Shown: positions 1 to 16,980, numbered from the stretch's first letter. The stretch: 32,000 bases of DNA from Deinococcus radiodurans R1 = ATCC 13939 = DSM 20539 (GCF_000008565.1 NC_001263.1:2616639-2648638); one strand, 5' to 3'. Translations and numbers: made by a program. The notes: a model not told the origin generated them from the sequence alone.

Positions 1-33
1 GCAGGCGGGCAAAAAACACGGCGCGCACCTGCA

Positions 34-459
34 TCAGCGGCCCTCCTGGGATTCGGCCCAGCGGCGGCCCAGTTCGTTGAAGCCCGCGTCGATGGTGGCC
101 TGGGGCAGCACGACCTGGGTGGTCGAGCCGTGGCCGATTTCGTCGCCGAGCTCGTTGACCGCCCGCAACTTCGCGTACACGCGCCGGCCTTCCACCCGGT
201 CGAGCGAAGCCGTGACCCGCACCGCCAGGCCGGGCAGCGCCGAAGCGGTATGGCGGACCTCCACCTGCGAGCCGATGCCGCCTTCGCCCTCGTCCAGAAA
301 GGGGAGGATGATCTTGCGCCCGGCTTCCTCGAAATGTTTCGCCAGCCAGTAGGTCGCGTAGACCGGGTGCACCCGCCCGAGTTCGGCAAAGTCCACGGTC
401 ATCTCGTCGGTCACGGTGACCTCCAAGGTCTGGGTGAAGCCTTCGGGAATGGTTTGCAT
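34..459 (-). CDS. small hotdog-fold thioesterase-like protein (141 aa)
   Basis: This is the last 141 codons of track ORF 34..1800, starting at the ATG (cat 457-459): [24 protein letters not shown]...[17 protein letters not shown]. The upstream 447 codons are an Arg/Gly/Gln-rich antisense shadow of the YihY gene and are discarded. Size and sequence pattern resemble FlK/YbgC-like hotdog thioesterases by recall. A TACGCT hexamer (complement of 467-472) lies 7 nt before the ATG. Confidence 0.6.
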   Translation of the reverse strand: MQTIPEGFTQTLEVTVTDEMTVDFAELGRVHPVYATYWLAKHFEEAGRKIILPFLDEGEGGIGSQVEVRHTASALPGLAVRVTASLDRVEGRRVYAKLRAVNELGDEIGHGSTTQVVLPQATIDAGFNELGRRWAESQEGR

Positions 460-507
460 GGGCTTTAGCGTAGCAACCGCCCGGGCTCGCCCCCTACACT
501 GCGGAGC

Positions 508-1767
<1,260 letters not shown>

Positions 1768-1777
1768 GACTTCCACG

Positions 1778-1818
1778 AAAAAACCTCCCCGGCTCGTCAC
1801 TGGCCGGGGAGGTTTTTT
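1778..1818. terminator. bidirectional intrinsic terminator between convergent genes
   Basis: A perfect 10-bp stem, cctccccggc (1784-1793) with gccggggagg (1803-1812), encloses a 9-nt loop. It is flanked by A6 (1778-1783) and T6 (1813-1818), so a U-tract follows the hairpin on both strands. Confidence 0.75.
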
Positions 1819-1844
1819 CGTGGTGCTCAGTAGCAGCGGATGTG

Positions 1845-2606
1845 TCAGTGGCAGCGGATGTCTTCGCCGAAGTACTTCTCCGACAGCTTCTTGTAGCTGC
1901 CGTCGGCCTGCACTTTTTTCAGCGCGGCGTTGACGGCGCTGGTCAGCGACTTGTTGTCCTTCTGGAAGGCGATGCCGATTTTTTCCTGAAACACCAGCGC
2001 CCCAATCTGAAGCTTGCCCCCGGTCTTCTTGCGGGCTTCGAGCGCCACGAAGCGGTCGGTGAGGTAGGCGTCAGTGCGGCCCGCCATCAGCGCTTGCAGG
2101 GCGTCGGTGTTGTTGGGGTAGGTCTGGATGTTGCCGAGCCCCGGCAGGCTGCGGGCGCGGGTGGCGTAGGTCGTGCCGAGCTGCACGGCGAGCTTCTTGC
2201 CCTTCATGTCGGCGAGCGTTTTGGGGCCGCCGGGCTTGCTGACGAGCACGCCGCCCGAGCAGTAGTGGGGGTTGGAAAAGTCCACCGCCTTCTGGCGCTC
2301 GGGGGTAATGCCGTGCGAGGCGATCACCATGTCGTAGCGACCCTGGCCGAGCCCGATCAGCAGGGTGTCGAACGACGAGGACTTCCACTCCACCTTGACC
2401 CCGAGCTGCTTGGCAAGCAGTTCGGCGAGTTCGGCCTCGAAGCCCACGATTTTCTTGCCCTGGGTGTAGGTAAAGGGCGGGTAGGTGGGCTCGGTCGCCA
2501 CGACCAGGGTGCCGGACTTTTTGATGCTCGTGAGGTCACGCGCCGCCGCCGGAGCCCCGAAGGCGAGCATGGCGAGCGCAAGGGTGGAGACAGACTTCAA
2601 CTTCAT
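1845..2606 (-). CDS. polar amino acid ABC transporter substrate-binding protein (family 3 SBP), orphan
   Basis: Track ORF of 253 aa with signal peptide [38 protein letters not shown]...[20 protein letters not shown]...[19 protein letters not shown] is the typical glutamine/cystine-type SBP pattern. No permease or ATPase gene is adjacent. TAGGGT (complement of 2613-2618) lies 6 nt before the ATG. Confidence 0.8.
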   Translation of the reverse strand: MKLKSVSTLALAMLAFGAPAAARDLTSIKKSGTLVVATEPTYPPFTYTQGKKIVGFEAELAELLAKQLGVKVEWKSSSFDTLLIGLGQGRYDMVIASHGITPERQKAVDFSNPHYCSGGVLVSKPGGPKTLADMKGKKLAVQLGTTYATRARSLPGLGNIQTYPNNTDALQALMAGRTDAYLTDRFVALEARKKTGGKLQIGALVFQEKIGIAFQKDNKSLTSAVNAALKKVQADGSYKKLSEKYFGEDIRCH

Positions 2607-2841
2607 GCACTCACCCTAACGTGCCTGTCTAAGACGCACTGCGTCCAATTCCTTAAAATCCAGAAAAGAACTGGATTTCAATCCATTTCCCGCAGCACGT
2701 CTCTTTTGCTTCTCGCTCCGCTCGGGTTTCATCGCTCAAAGTGAGCGATTCAACCGCAATTGGTTTGACTTCTTTCTGAGAGAAAGGCGACAGAGAGGGG
2801 AAAGAAAAGGTTTCGCCTGTCACCCCTATGCAGAAAACTTG

Positions 2842-2881
2842 AAAAAAGATGCGGCCCCGCACCATTGAAGCTGGGAGCCGC
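2842..2881 (-). terminator. intrinsic terminator downstream of glnS
   Basis: On the minus strand, GCGGCTCC (2881-2874) pairs with GGGGCCGC (2858-2851), including one G-U pair. It is followed by ATCTTTTTTC (complement of 2841-2850). The stem starts 15 nt after the glnS stop. Confidence 0.55.
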
Positions 2882-2896
2882 AAAAGGGAAAGAAGC

Positions 2897-5383
<2,487 letters not shown>

Positions 5384-5477
5384 GCGGGTCAGGATACGCG
5401 GCGAGCGCCCTGAAAAAGGGGCGCCCCGGTCCTGCTCCCACCCAAACGCCCCCAACAGCCTCCTGTCTGTTCAGCAC

Positions 5478-6095
5478 TCAGCCCCCAGTGCGGCTCCCCT
5501 GCTCGCGCTTGCGGCGGATGAACCAGGCAGCGGCGCCAATGACGAGAAGCCCCACGATGACCTTCGACACCGGGGCGACGTACTGCTCGACCCGGTCATA
5601 GTTTTCGCCGAGGGCGTATCCGGCGTAGGCCAGCGCCGCACTCCACAGCGCCGAGCCGATGGCCGAGTAGATCAGGAACTTGGGCAGCGGCATTTCGCTC
5701 ATGCCCGCAGGCAGGCTCAGCAGACTGCGGATGCCCGGCACCATGCGCCCGAACAGCACCGCCCCCGCGCCGTAGCGGTCGAACCAGGCGTCGGCCTTCT
5801 TGATGTCCTTGCCGCTCAGGGTGAGCCACTTGCCGTGTTTGTCGGCCCAGGCGACGAGTTTGTCTTCCCCGAAAGCCCGCCCGATGTAGTACAGCGGCAG
5901 GGTACCGATGACGCTGCCGAGCGTGCCCATCAGGACCACCATGCCGAGCGACATGTCACCGCGCGCCGCCGCGAAGCCCGCCGAGGGCATGATGAGTTCG
6001 CTGGGAATCGGCGGAAACACGTTTTCCAGCACCATCAGCAGCAGAATGCCGAGGTAACCCATGCTGTCCATCAGGTTTTGAATCCAGTCGGTCAT
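5478..6095 (-). CDS. DedA-family (VTT domain) membrane protein
   Basis: The sequence GYLGILLLMVLENVFPPIPSELIMPSAG...GRMVPGIRSLLSLPAGM is the canonical DedA pattern. The track ORF starts at 6140. The internal ATG at 6095 (MTDWIQNL) is preferred because TACGCT (complement of 6105-6110) lies 9 nt upstream. Confidence 0.8.
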   Translation of the reverse strand: MTDWIQNLMDSMGYLGILLLMVLENVFPPIPSELIMPSAGFAAARGDMSLGMVVLMGTLGSVIGTLPLYYIGRAFGEDKLVAWADKHGKWLTLSGKDIKKADAWFDRYGAGAVLFGRMVPGIRSLLSLPAGMSEMPLPKFLIYSAIGSALWSAALAYAGYALGENYDRVEQYVAPVSKVIVGLLVIGAAAWFIRRKREQGSRTGG

Positions 6096-6192
6096 GGCAC
6101 CAGCAGCGTAGCGGGCTGGCCGGGGGCTGTCGTCCTCCACAAGGATGACGCCGCCCGCTGCTCCCCTGACCCGCAGCCCCTACACTGCCGCC

Positions 6193-6861
6193 ATGACTCC
6201 CGCCGCCACCATCCCCGAGGGCCTGCGCGCCGTCGTCTTCGACTTCGACGGCACCATTCTGGACACCGAAACCCGCGAGTTTCACCACTGGCAAGAGCTG
6301 TACCGCGAGCATGGGCGTGAGCTCGCGCTCAGCGACTGGCAACGCGGCGTGGGCACCTGGGACGCCTTCGACCCCTGGGCCGGGCTGCCCGAGCAGGTGC
6401 AGGCCGACCGGGAAAATGTCCGCGCCCGGCTGCACGACACCATCGTTTCAGACATTGCCGGACAAGACCTGCGCCCCGGCGTGCGGGCGGTGCTGGAAGG
6501 CGTGAAGGCCGCCGGGCTGCGCCTCGCCCTGGCGACGAGCAGTGACCGTGAGTGGGTCACCCGTTGGATGCGCCAGCACAACCTGCTGGACCTGTTCGAG
6601 GCGGTGGCGACCCGCGACGACGTGCGCCGCGTCAAGCCCGACCCCGAGCTGTACCTGCTCGCCGCCGCGCGGCTGGGCCTGCGCCCCGAGGAGTGCCTTG
6701 CCGTCGAAGATTCCTTTAATGGGGCCACCGCTGCCGTCGCCGCCGGAATGCGTCTGGTCGTCGTGCCCAACGACGTGACGCGCACCCAGCCTTTCCCCGC
6801 CGAGTGGCGGCGGTTGGAGGACGGGTACGCGGGGGGGCTGGCCGGGTTGCTAGGGGAATGA
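6193..6861 (+). CDS. HAD-superfamily hydrolase (subfamily IA, phosphatase / beta-phosphoglucomutase-like)
   Basis: HAD motifs are present: VVFDFDGTILDTE (motif I, DxDGT), LALATSS (motif II) and VEDSFNG (motif IV). TACACT at 6181-6186 lies 6 nt before the ATG at 6193. The track ORF begins 16 codons earlier, at 6145. Confidence 0.75.
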   Translation: MTPAATIPEGLRAVVFDFDGTILDTETREFHHWQELYREHGRELALSDWQRGVGTWDAFDPWAGLPEQVQADRENVRARLHDTIVSDIAGQDLRPGVRAVLEGVKAAGLRLALATSSDREWVTRWMRQHNLLDLFEAVATRDDVRRVKPDPELYLLAAARLGLRPEECLAVEDSFNGATAAVAAGMRLVVVPNDVTRTQPFPAEWRRLEDGYAGGLAGLLGE

Positions 6862-6882
6862 GAAGGGGTAGGGGCTAAAGCC

Positions 6883-7635
6883 TTACCTCCTCTGCGCCTT
6901 CAAATGCTTTTTCAGGTCAGGCCACAGCGTCCGCACCTGCTCCTGCGAAGTGCGGCGGGCCTCCAGCTCGCGGGCGAGCAGCGCTTCACGCTGGTCAGGC
7001 AGCAACTGGTTTTCGGTGAGCAGGCCGCGCACCACCTCGGCATCCTGCATCCGGCCCAGGGCGTCTAGGGTGTTCAGGAGCACGTCGGGCGACTTGTCCA
7101 CCAGTTCCAGGGTGTAACGGTAGTGCTTGAGCGCTTTGCGCCACTCGTGCCACGTTTCGGGGCTCTCGGCCTTCAGCACGGCGGGGGTGTCGTCCAGCAG
7201 ATCCTGCGCCTCGTGGGCCAGGGTGCGGCGGGCGCGGCGTTTGAATTTGTCGGGGCGCTCAGGCAACGGCGGCTGCTCCGGCCACTGCACCCCGGCGAGC
7301 AGTTCGGCGCGCCGCCTTTGCCAGTCGCGGCGAAAGTCGGCAATCTCGTGTGGGGAGCGTCCCTGTTCTTCCAGCGCGGCGGCGAGGTGCTCCCCGGCCA
7401 CGTCGTGGTCGCGCAGCGGCGCCACCGCGCGGCGCAGGTCACGCCAGGCCCGGCGGACCTTCTTGGGAGCGCCCGTCACGGACAGTTCGGCACCCACCTT
7501 GCGCGTCAGCTTGCGGGCTTCGTGCACCGCTTTGGGGTCACCTTGCACCAGCGCGGGCCACAGGCCTGAGAGCTGCGCGCCGAGCGAGGCCCGCTGGTCG
7601 GTTCCTGTCTTGCCTTTTTTGGAGGACTTGGACAT
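6883..7635 (-). CDS. CHAD domain-containing protein
   Basis: Track ORF of 250 aa, all-helical and basic. AVHEARKLTRKVGAELSV and WHEWRKALKHYRYTLELV match the conserved His/Arg helices of CHAD domains (polyphosphate-granule associated), by recall. Confidence 0.65.
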   Translation of the reverse strand: MSKSSKKGKTGTDQRASLGAQLSGLWPALVQGDPKAVHEARKLTRKVGAELSVTGAPKKVRRAWRDLRRAVAPLRDHDVAGEHLAAALEEQGRSPHEIADFRRDWQRRRAELLAGVQWPEQPPLPERPDKFKRRARRTLAHEAQDLLDDTPAVLKAESPETWHEWRKALKHYRYTLELVDKSPDVLLNTLDALGRMQDAEVVRGLLTENQLLPDQREALLARELEARRTSQEQVRTLWPDLKKHLKAQRR

Positions 7636-7683
7636 GGGGTCGGTATAGCGGCGGCGGCGTACCCACAGTTCAAAGCGGTCACA

Positions 7684-7709
7684 AGGGGTCTTAGGATTGC
7701 CTAACCCCT
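7684..7709 (-). terminator. candidate terminator hairpin downstream of panB
   Basis: aggggt(ct)tagg (7684-7695) pairs with cctaacccct (7700-7709) around loop attg. On the minus strand only a weak T-rich tract follows (ttgtgaccgctttg). Confidence 0.3.
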
Positions 7710-7716
7710 GGTCCCC

Positions 7717-8598
7717 TCAATACAGCTTGTCGAGCACCTCGTCCTTCATCACGAAGCTGTTGTCCTTGCTGGGAAACTCGCGGGCGCGGACCTCGGCGGC
7801 GTAGTGAGCGATGGCTTCACGGGCCTCGCGCCCCAGGTCGGCGTAGCGCTTGGCAATTTTCTTTTCCTCGCCTTCGTAGAGCCCCAGCAGGTCGTGATAG
7901 ACGAGTACCTGCCCGTCGCAATGAACGCCTGCGCCGATGCCGATGGTGGCGACGCTCAGCCGCTCGGAAATCAGGCGAGCGAGCCGGGCGGGAATGGCTT
8001 CGAGGACCACCGCGAAGGCCCCTGCTTCCTGCAACGCGACTGCGCCTTCCAGGGTGCGGCGGGCGCTGTCGTCGTCCTTGCCCTGCACGCGCAGGCCTCC
8101 CTGGGCGGCGGCGGTCTGCGGCATCAGCCCCACGTGCCCCATCACCGGCACGCCGTTGCGCGAGAGCACCCGCACGACGTCGAGCACCTCGGGGGTGGAG
8201 CCTTCCATCTTCACGGCGTCGGCGCCCGTCTCCTGAATGACCCGCACGGCGTGCCGCATCGCGTCGGTCACGCCTGCGTGGTAGGTGCCGAACGGCAGGT
8301 CCACCACCAGAAAGGTGTTCGGTGCTCCCCGCCGCACGGCCTTGCCGTGGTGAATCATGTCGGCAAGCGTGACCGGCGCGGTGGAGTCGTAGCCCAGCAC
8401 CACGTTGCCCAGGCTGTCGCCCACCAGAATCAGGTCCACCCCGGCGGCCTCGGCGTGGCGCGCGCCCGGATAGTCGTAGGCGGTCACCATCACCAGCGGC
8501 GCGCCAGAGGATGTGAGTTCAGGATGGGTCAGGTCGGGCAGGCTGCGTTTGACGCGGGCCGGAGACGCCAATTGAGGAGACGCGGATTCGGGCTGCAT
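7717..8598 (-). CDS. panB: 3-methyl-2-oxobutanoate hydroxymethyltransferase
   Basis: The sequence [54 protein letters not shown]...VVDLPFGTY...VKMEG is the classic PanB core. TACCCT (complement of 8605-8610) lies 6 nt before the ATG. Confidence 0.9.
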   Translation of the reverse strand: MQPESASPQLASPARVKRSLPDLTHPELTSSGAPLVMVTAYDYPGARHAEAAGVDLILVGDSLGNVVLGYDSTAPVTLADMIHHGKAVRRGAPNTFLVVDLPFGTYHAGVTDAMRHAVRVIQETGADAVKMEGSTPEVLDVVRVLSRNGVPVMGHVGLMPQTAAAQGGLRVQGKDDDSARRTLEGAVALQEAGAFAVVLEAIPARLARLISERLSVATIGIGAGVHCDGQVLVYHDLLGLYEGEEKKIAKRYADLGREAREAIAHYAAEVRAREFPSKDNSFVMKDEVLDKLY

Positions 8599-8631
8599 GG
8601 GGCGAGGGTAGCACCCCCTCTCACGCTCGGC

Positions 8632-9120
8632 TCAGCCGTTCATGACCTTGCCGTAGCGGTCCAGAATCAGGTAGATGATCCAGCCGGTAACCGCCACGTA
8701 GAGCCACACCGGCACCGTCCAGCGCACCCACATGCGGTGGCGCTGAAAAAAGGGCCGGGCGGCGGGCGCGTCGATGTTGCCGAGGTTTCCGGCGGCTTGC
8801 AGGCCCTTCCAGGCGTTCCAGAGCGCGAGCAGCGCCAGCGGCAGGTTGGCGGCGGCCAGAATCACGTGGCTGATGAGCAGCGAGAAGTAGCCGACGCGGT
8901 AAGGCCCGATGTATTTCTTTTCGTAGCCCAGGCCCAGCCGGGTGAGGTAGAGCACCAGGAAAACGGTGGCGAGGGCGCTGGCGACCAGCATGGCGCGCAT
9001 GTGCGCCTCCCGGTTGCCACGGCGAATGAAAAACACCCCCGTGACGAGCGCGAAGCCGCTCAGGACGATGGTGATGACAGCCCACTGGTTGACGACTTCG
9101 GCGACCACGCCCGTCATCAT
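8632..9120 (-). CDS. DUF420 (CtaM-like) membrane protein associated with heme-copper oxidase assembly
   Basis: Four or five hydrophobic helices with the pattern [17 protein letters not shown]...[18 protein letters not shown] typical of DUF420. It lies divergent to ctaA. The track ORF starts with TTG at 9141. ATG ATG at 9120/9117 is the alternative used here, and the start is uncertain. Confidence 0.65.
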   Translation of the reverse strand: MMTGVVAEVVNQWAVITIVLSGFALVTGVFFIRRGNREAHMRAMLVASALATVFLVLYLTRLGLGYEKKYIGPYRVGYFSLLISHVILAAANLPLALLALWNAWKGLQAAGNLGNIDAPAARPFFQRHRMWVRWTVPVWLYVAVTGWIIYLILDRYGKVMNG

Positions 9121-9171
9121 AGCGGCGCCGGGTGGGGACAATTTTCTGACCCTGGATCAGTGGCGGGGGTC

Positions 9172-9177
9172 TACAAT
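9172..9177 (+). promoter_or_regulatory. candidate -10 element (TACAAT) for ctaA-ctaB
   Basis: TACAAT sits in the DUF420/ctaA divergent spacer. It overlaps the in-frame ATG at 9176, which would therefore lie upstream of the transcript start. Confidence 0.4.
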
Positions 9178-9229
9178 GGGGGGCGCATATCACGCTGGCC
9201 GCACGACACTTTTGCCGCGTGAAGGGACG

Positions 9230-10251
9230 GTGAAGAATTTGAGCGGAACCCTGAGTGCAAGGCCGCGCGCCGGCGTGAGGGCAGGCAGTTGGCTCTCCCG
9301 CCTCGCCTGGGTGGCCCTGATCTACAACCTGCTGGTGATCCTGTGGGGCGCGGTGGTGCGCCTGACCGGCGCGGGCGCGGGCTGCGGCGACCACTGGCCG
9401 CTGTGCAACGGGGTGGTTATTCCCCCGAGTCCCACCCTGCACACCATCATCGAATTCAGCCACCGCCTGACCAGCGGCGCGAGCGGCCTGCTCGCCATCG
9501 GGCTGGTGGCCCTGGCCTTCCGGCAGACCCCCAAGGGGCACCCGGCCCGCTTCGGGGCGCTGCTGAGCCTGGGCCTGATCATTCTGGAAGGCCTGGTCGG
9601 CGGCGTGCAGGTGCTGCTCGGCCTGACCGCCGATTCCACCGACCCGGCACGCGGTTTCGTGCAGGGCATCCACCTCGCCAACACCTTCGCGCTGCTCGGG
9701 GCGCTGCTGCTCACGGCGCTGTGGGCGCGGGGCGAACCCCGACTGCGGCTGCGTGGTCAAGGCCGGGTCGGGTGGCTCAGCGCCATCGGCCTGGGCCTGA
9801 CGCTGCTGCTCGGCATGGCGGGCGCGGTGACGGCGCTGGGCGACCTGCTGTTTGCCCCGGCGCCCGGCACGCCCATCGACACGGTGCGGCGCGACTTCTC
9901 GGCCAGCGCCGGCCTGATTGAGAACCTGCGTGTCATTCACCCCATGCTCGCTGTCATTACCAGCGTCTATCTGGGCTGGCTCGGCGTGTGGCTGAGCCGC
10001 CTGCGCCCCGGCCAGGAAGTGCAGCGCTGGACCCGCGTGGTCTGGGGGCTGCTCGGCGCACAGATGGTCGCGGGCTTCGTCAATGTGGCCCTCAAGGCGC
10101 CGGCCTGGATGCAACTGACCCACCTGCTGCTCGCCTGCTTGCTGTGGCTCGCCGTGGTGATGCTGGTGTACCGTGCCCTCACTGGCCTCGGTGTACAGCG
10201 TCCCGCCCGCCCGGTCGCCCCTGAAGAACCGGCCCCCCTTGGAGAACCCAT

Positions 10252-10255
<4 letters not shown>
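9230..10255 (+). CDS. ctaA: heme A synthase (COX15/CtaA family)
   Basis: The sequence [20 protein letters not shown]...[13 protein letters not shown], about eight helices and a second His-containing half are typical of CtaA. The 5' third of track ORF 8966..10255 is antisense to the DUF420 gene. Candidate starts are GTG 9230 or TTG 9239 (GGTGA lies 5 nt upstream of the TTG). The stop overlaps the ctaB start (ATGA at 10252-10255). Confidence 0.8.
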
Positions 10256-11193
<938 letters not shown>

Positions 11194-11215
11194 TCGCTTC
11201 TTCCGTTTTCCCTTC

Positions 11216-11250
11216 GCCGGCACGAACCCCACGGTTCTGCCGGCTTTTTG
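11216..11250 (+). terminator. intrinsic terminator after ctaB
   Basis: gccggca(c)gaacc (11216-11228) pairs with ggttctgccggc (11233-11244) around loop ccac. It is followed by TTTTTG. Confidence 0.6.
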
Positions 11251-11464
11251 TGCCCGGTTCAGACCGGATTTCAGCGACGCAGCGGCCTTTGGGGGACACT
11301 TGCCTACCACTTAAACTGCTCTCATGGCACTGTGCCTGACCGTTCGGTAGACGTGGGGGGCAAAAAGCGTGGCGGCGGCCTGGCCTATGGGGGCCGCGCC
11401 GGGAGCCACGCGGTCGGCGCATTTGCCTCCAGAACGCTTTAGACTGGAAAGGAAAGGAGCGACA

Positions 11465-12692
11465 TTGAACACCAAACATGACCGTAAACCGGGCGGGAAG
11501 CGGGAGTGGGCCACAGCGTGGACCCGCGCCGGCCTGATCGCCCTCGGCGCGGCAGTCCTGAGCAGTTGTGGGCAGGGGCAGAACATCTTCCTGGGTGACC
11601 AGGCTGCCGCCTACAACCGCGAGATCTGGGACCTGAGCAAGTGGGCCATTGGACTGTCGATCATCATCTTTGTCGGGGTCTCGGGCATGCTGTTTTACAC
11701 GGTGCAAAAATTCCGTGAAGACCGCAACACCGCAGCGCCCCAGCAGTTCCACGGCAACAACAGGCTCGAGGCCTGGCTGATCGGGATTCCGATCATCTTG
11801 GTGCTCGGGCTGAGCGTGTTGTCGGTGCGTTCGCTGGCCCGCCTGAACCCGGTGTCCCAGCAGACCCTGGGCATCGAGGCCACCGGGGCGCAGTTCTGGT
11901 GGAACTTCACCTACCCCGGTTCGCCGGTGCAGGGCGGCAGCACGGTGGCCAACGGCAACGAGATGGTCATGCCCGCCGAGCAGAAGGTGGCGATCAGCAC
12001 GACCAGCAAGGACGTGATTCACGGCTTCTGGGCGCCCAACCTCGGCGGCCAGCGCGCGTCCATCCCCACCGTCAAGCGCGTGTGGGAACTCGATACCCAG
12101 CGCCCCGGCGTCTACCAGGGCAACTGCTCGCAGCTGTGCGGCGCCTCGCACGCCAACATGCGCTTCAAGGTGATCGCGCTGTCGCCCGAGGCTTCGCGGC
12201 CTTCAACAAGGCGGCGCAGGCTTACGTGGCCCCCACTCCCGCTCCCGGCAGCGCCGAGGAACGCGGCTACAACCTGTTCATGCAGGGCAATCCCGGCACC
12301 GGCGCCATTGCCTGCGCCTCGTGCCACCGCGTGCAGGGCACCCCGGCAGGCGGCGTCAGCGGCCCTGACCTGAGCTTCTTCGGCACCCGCCGCACGCTGG
12401 GCGCGGGCATGTGGGAAGCCATGTCGCCCGAGCACTGGGCAGAGCCCCAGGCGGCGGCGGCGCTGCACGCCTGGATCAAACACAGCCCCAAGGTCAAGCC
12501 TGGCAGCCTGATGCCCACCTATGACGGCAGCACTTATGTCGTCGACGGCAAGTCCATTCAGGGTGGTCGCCTGACCGACGGCGAGATCGACGACATCGCG
12601 GCGTACCTGCGGAGTCTGCGCCTTCCCGACGAGGCCGACTACTGGCAGGGCTCCCCGGTTCACGGCACCAACACCACCGCAGGAGGTTCGCA

Positions 12693-12696
<4 letters not shown>
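11465..12696 (+). pseudogene. coxB: caa3-type cytochrome c oxidase subunit II fused to cytochrome c, interrupted by a 1-nt frameshift near 12190
   Basis: TTG start at 11465, 5 nt after AAGGAG (11454-11459). Lipobox LSSC. The frame of ORF 11369..12373 carries the TM helices and the CuA site ([22 protein letters not shown]) up to [10 protein letters not shown]. The frame of ORF 11899..12696 then continues [10 protein letters not shown]... with the heme c motif CASCH and ends in a GTGA overlap with subunit I. After 12190 the first frame is Arg/Pro/Ala junk. Confidence 0.85.
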
Positions 12697-15155
<2,459 letters not shown>

Positions 15156-15176
15156 TCCGGGCCGGCAGAAGGCACA

Positions 15177-15222
15177 AGGAAGAGGGAGGCTTGCGGGCCT
15201 CCCCTTCCTTTTGTTTTTTCTT
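15177..15222 (+). terminator. intrinsic terminator after the oxidase operon
   Basis: aaggaag(a)gggaggc (15177-15191) pairs with gcctccccttcctt (15198-15211) around loop ttgcgg. It is followed by TTGTTTTTTCTT. Confidence 0.75.
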
Positions 15223-15235
15223 GTCGCTCTGGCGG

Positions 15236-16222
15236 TTACGGCTCCCCGGCTTCCGTCTCCCCTTTCGCCTCACGGCCCATCAGGTGACGCACGCCTTCTG
15301 CGGGGGACCACTCGCCGCGCGTGACCTGCGCCACCGCCCGCACGATAGGCAGGTCGTGGCCGTGGGCAGCGGCCCAGGCGTCGAGCAGGCCAGCGGTACG
15401 CAGGCCCTCGACCACCTTGCCGCCTTGCTGCGGGCTCTCGCCCCGGGCAATCGCCTCGCCCGCTGCCCGGTTGCGGCTGTGGGGGCTGGTGGCGGTGGCG
15501 ATCAGGTCGCCCAGCCCGCTCAGGCCGTAGACCGTTTCCTCCTCGGCGCCGAGTGAACGCAGGTAGCGGTTCATTTCACGCAGGCCACGGGTCAGGAGGG
15601 TCGCCTTGGCATTGTCGCCGAGGTGCAGACCGTCGCCCATGCCGGCAGCCACCGCGATCACGTTTTTCAGGACGCCGCCGAGTTCCACGCCGGGCACGTC
15701 ACGGCTGGTGTAGACCCGCAGGCTGGGCGACATCAGCGCGGTCTGCACGGCGGCGGCAAGGGCCGGGTCGCGGCTGGCGACCACCGTGGCGGCGGGCAGG
15801 CCCCGGCCTATTTCCTCGGCGTGGTTGGGGCCGCTCAGGACCGCCACCCGGTCAAAGCCGAGCCCCGCCGCGTACTCGCTCAGGCGGCTGCCGTCGGGCG
15901 CGAGACCCTTGGCGCACAGCACCACGCCCAGTTCGCGCGGCAGCCCGGCCAGCAGTTCGGGCACGCCCACACTTGGTACAACCAGCAGGGCGAAGTCGGC
16001 GCCGGCCACCGCGCCGGGCAGGTCAGACGTGACCGCTACCTCGGGGGGCAGCAGCACGCCCGGCAGGTACTCGCGGTTCTCGCGCACCTCGGCCAGCCGG
16101 GCGGCAAAGTCGGGACGCCGAGCCCAGAGCCGCGCCGGTTGTCCGGCCCGTGCGGCGGCCACCGCGAGCGCCGTGCCCCAGCCGCCAGCGCCCAGCACAG
16201 GCAAAGCAGAGCCCTGCGTCAT
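15236..16222 (-). CDS. gpsA: NAD(P)H-dependent glycerol-3-phosphate dehydrogenase
   Basis: [16 protein letters not shown] (Rossmann fold), [11 protein letters not shown]-like [16 protein letters not shown], and [10 protein letters not shown] are typical GpsA motifs. Its start overlaps the upstream methyltransferase stop (ATGA on the minus strand at 16219-16222). Confidence 0.9.
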   Translation of the reverse strand: MTQGSALPVLGAGGWGTALAVAAARAGQPARLWARRPDFAARLAEVRENREYLPGVLLPPEVAVTSDLPGAVAGADFALLVVPSVGVPELLAGLPRELGVVLCAKGLAPDGSRLSEYAAGLGFDRVAVLSGPNHAEEIGRGLPAATVVASRDPALAAAVQTALMSPSLRVYTSRDVPGVELGGVLKNVIAVAAGMGDGLHLGDNAKATLLTRGLREMNRYLRSLGAEEETVYGLSGLGDLIATATSPHSRNRAAGEAIARGESPQQGGKVVEGLRTAGLLDAWAAAHGHDLPIVRAVAQVTRGEWSPAEGVRHLMGREAKGETEAGEP

Positions 16223-16980
16223 GCTTCGCCCATCCAGGCAAAGACCCAGATGCGCGGGGTGCGGTCATCCGGGTCGGCGTAGTCGGGGTACTCCACGATG
16301 TCCCAGCGGGCAAATCCGGCCCCGCGCAGCAGCGGCTCCAGCTCGGCGGGGTCGTAGCCGCGCTCGCGGTGGGTCTCCACGAATTCCTGCACCTCGCCGC
16401 CTTCGCCCATCACCCGGCAAAACGCCTGCACGACGCCCAGTTCTTCCTCGGCGTCGTAGTGGTGTGACCAGTGGTAATGGATTTCCTCGCCCGCCTCGCT
16501 GCGGGCCAGCCCCTCGATGGCGTCGCCTTCCCACAGCTCACGGACGCCCAGTCGGGTGTTGAGGTCGCAGGCGAACAGCCCGCCCGGCGCGGTGTGGGCC
16601 GCCGCCTGGCGCAGCGCCGCGCCGAGGTCGGCGGGGGCCAGCAGGTTGTTGAGGCTGTCGAAGACGCAGGTGACGAGGTCGAACGTCTCGCCGAGGTCGA
16701 AGGTTCGCAGGTCGCCCTGTTCGAAGCTCACCCAGGGCAGCCGCTCGCGGGCGACGCTGAGCATCTCGGCGCTGCCGTCCACCCCGACCACTGCCATCCC
16801 AGCCGCCTGCAACTGCCGGGTCATGCCCCCGGTGCCGCAGGCGAGGTCGAGGGCGCGGCGCGGGGTGAGGCCGCCGTCACGGGCATAGGTCAGGATGAAA
16901 TCCGCCCAGTGGTCGTACTCCACGTCGGCCATAATCGCGTCGTACACGGCGGCCAGGGCCGTAAAAGGGGGGCGCTGCAT
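16219..16980 (-). CDS. class I SAM-dependent methyltransferase
   Basis: Motif I is [12 protein letters not shown]. It is followed by [10 protein letters not shown] and a post-I acidic loop. TATAGT (complement of 16987-16992) lies 6 nt before the ATG. Confidence 0.75.
   Translation of the reverse strand: MQRPPFTALAAVYDAIMADVEYDHWADFILTYARDGGLTPRRALDLACGTGGMTRQLQAAGMAVVGVDGSAEMLSVARERLPWVSFEQGDLRTFDLGETFDLVTCVFDSLNNLLAPADLGAALRQAAAHTAPGGLFACDLNTRLGVRELWEGDAIEGLARSEAGEEIHYHWSHHYDAEEELGVVQAFCRVMGEGGEVQEFVETHRERGYDPAELEPLLRGAGFARWDIVEYPDYADPDDRTPRIWVFAWMGEA

Noticed and set aside
491-502. The identical 12-mer CCCCTACACTGC upstream of both the YihY gene (491-502) and the HAD hydrolase gene (6177-6188), considered as a possible shared regulatory motif.
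   Set aside because: Exact 12-mer matches are expected by chance several times in 32 kb of compositionally biased DNA. Half of the match is simply the -10 hexamer at its constrained distance from the ATG. It is noted under the leaderless-promoter finding only.
2653-2883. A 76-aa minus-strand ORF inside the AT-rich SBP-glnS spacer.
   Set aside because: Codon composition is unlike the GC3-rich genes around it. It spans several hairpins and the glnS terminator. There is no start context and no recognisable domain.
11248-11442. A 64-aa ORF in the ctaB-coxB spacer.
   Set aside because: It is Gly/Arg-rich and overlaps the ctaB terminator tail. It has no SD or -10 context and is more likely part of the coxB 5' UTR.
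12170-12210. Programmed -1 ribosomal frameshifting in coxB.
   Set aside because: There is no X XXY YYZ slippery heptamer at gcc cga ggc / ccc gag gct and no obvious downstream pseudoknot. A single missing G in GAGGGC is the simpler explanation.
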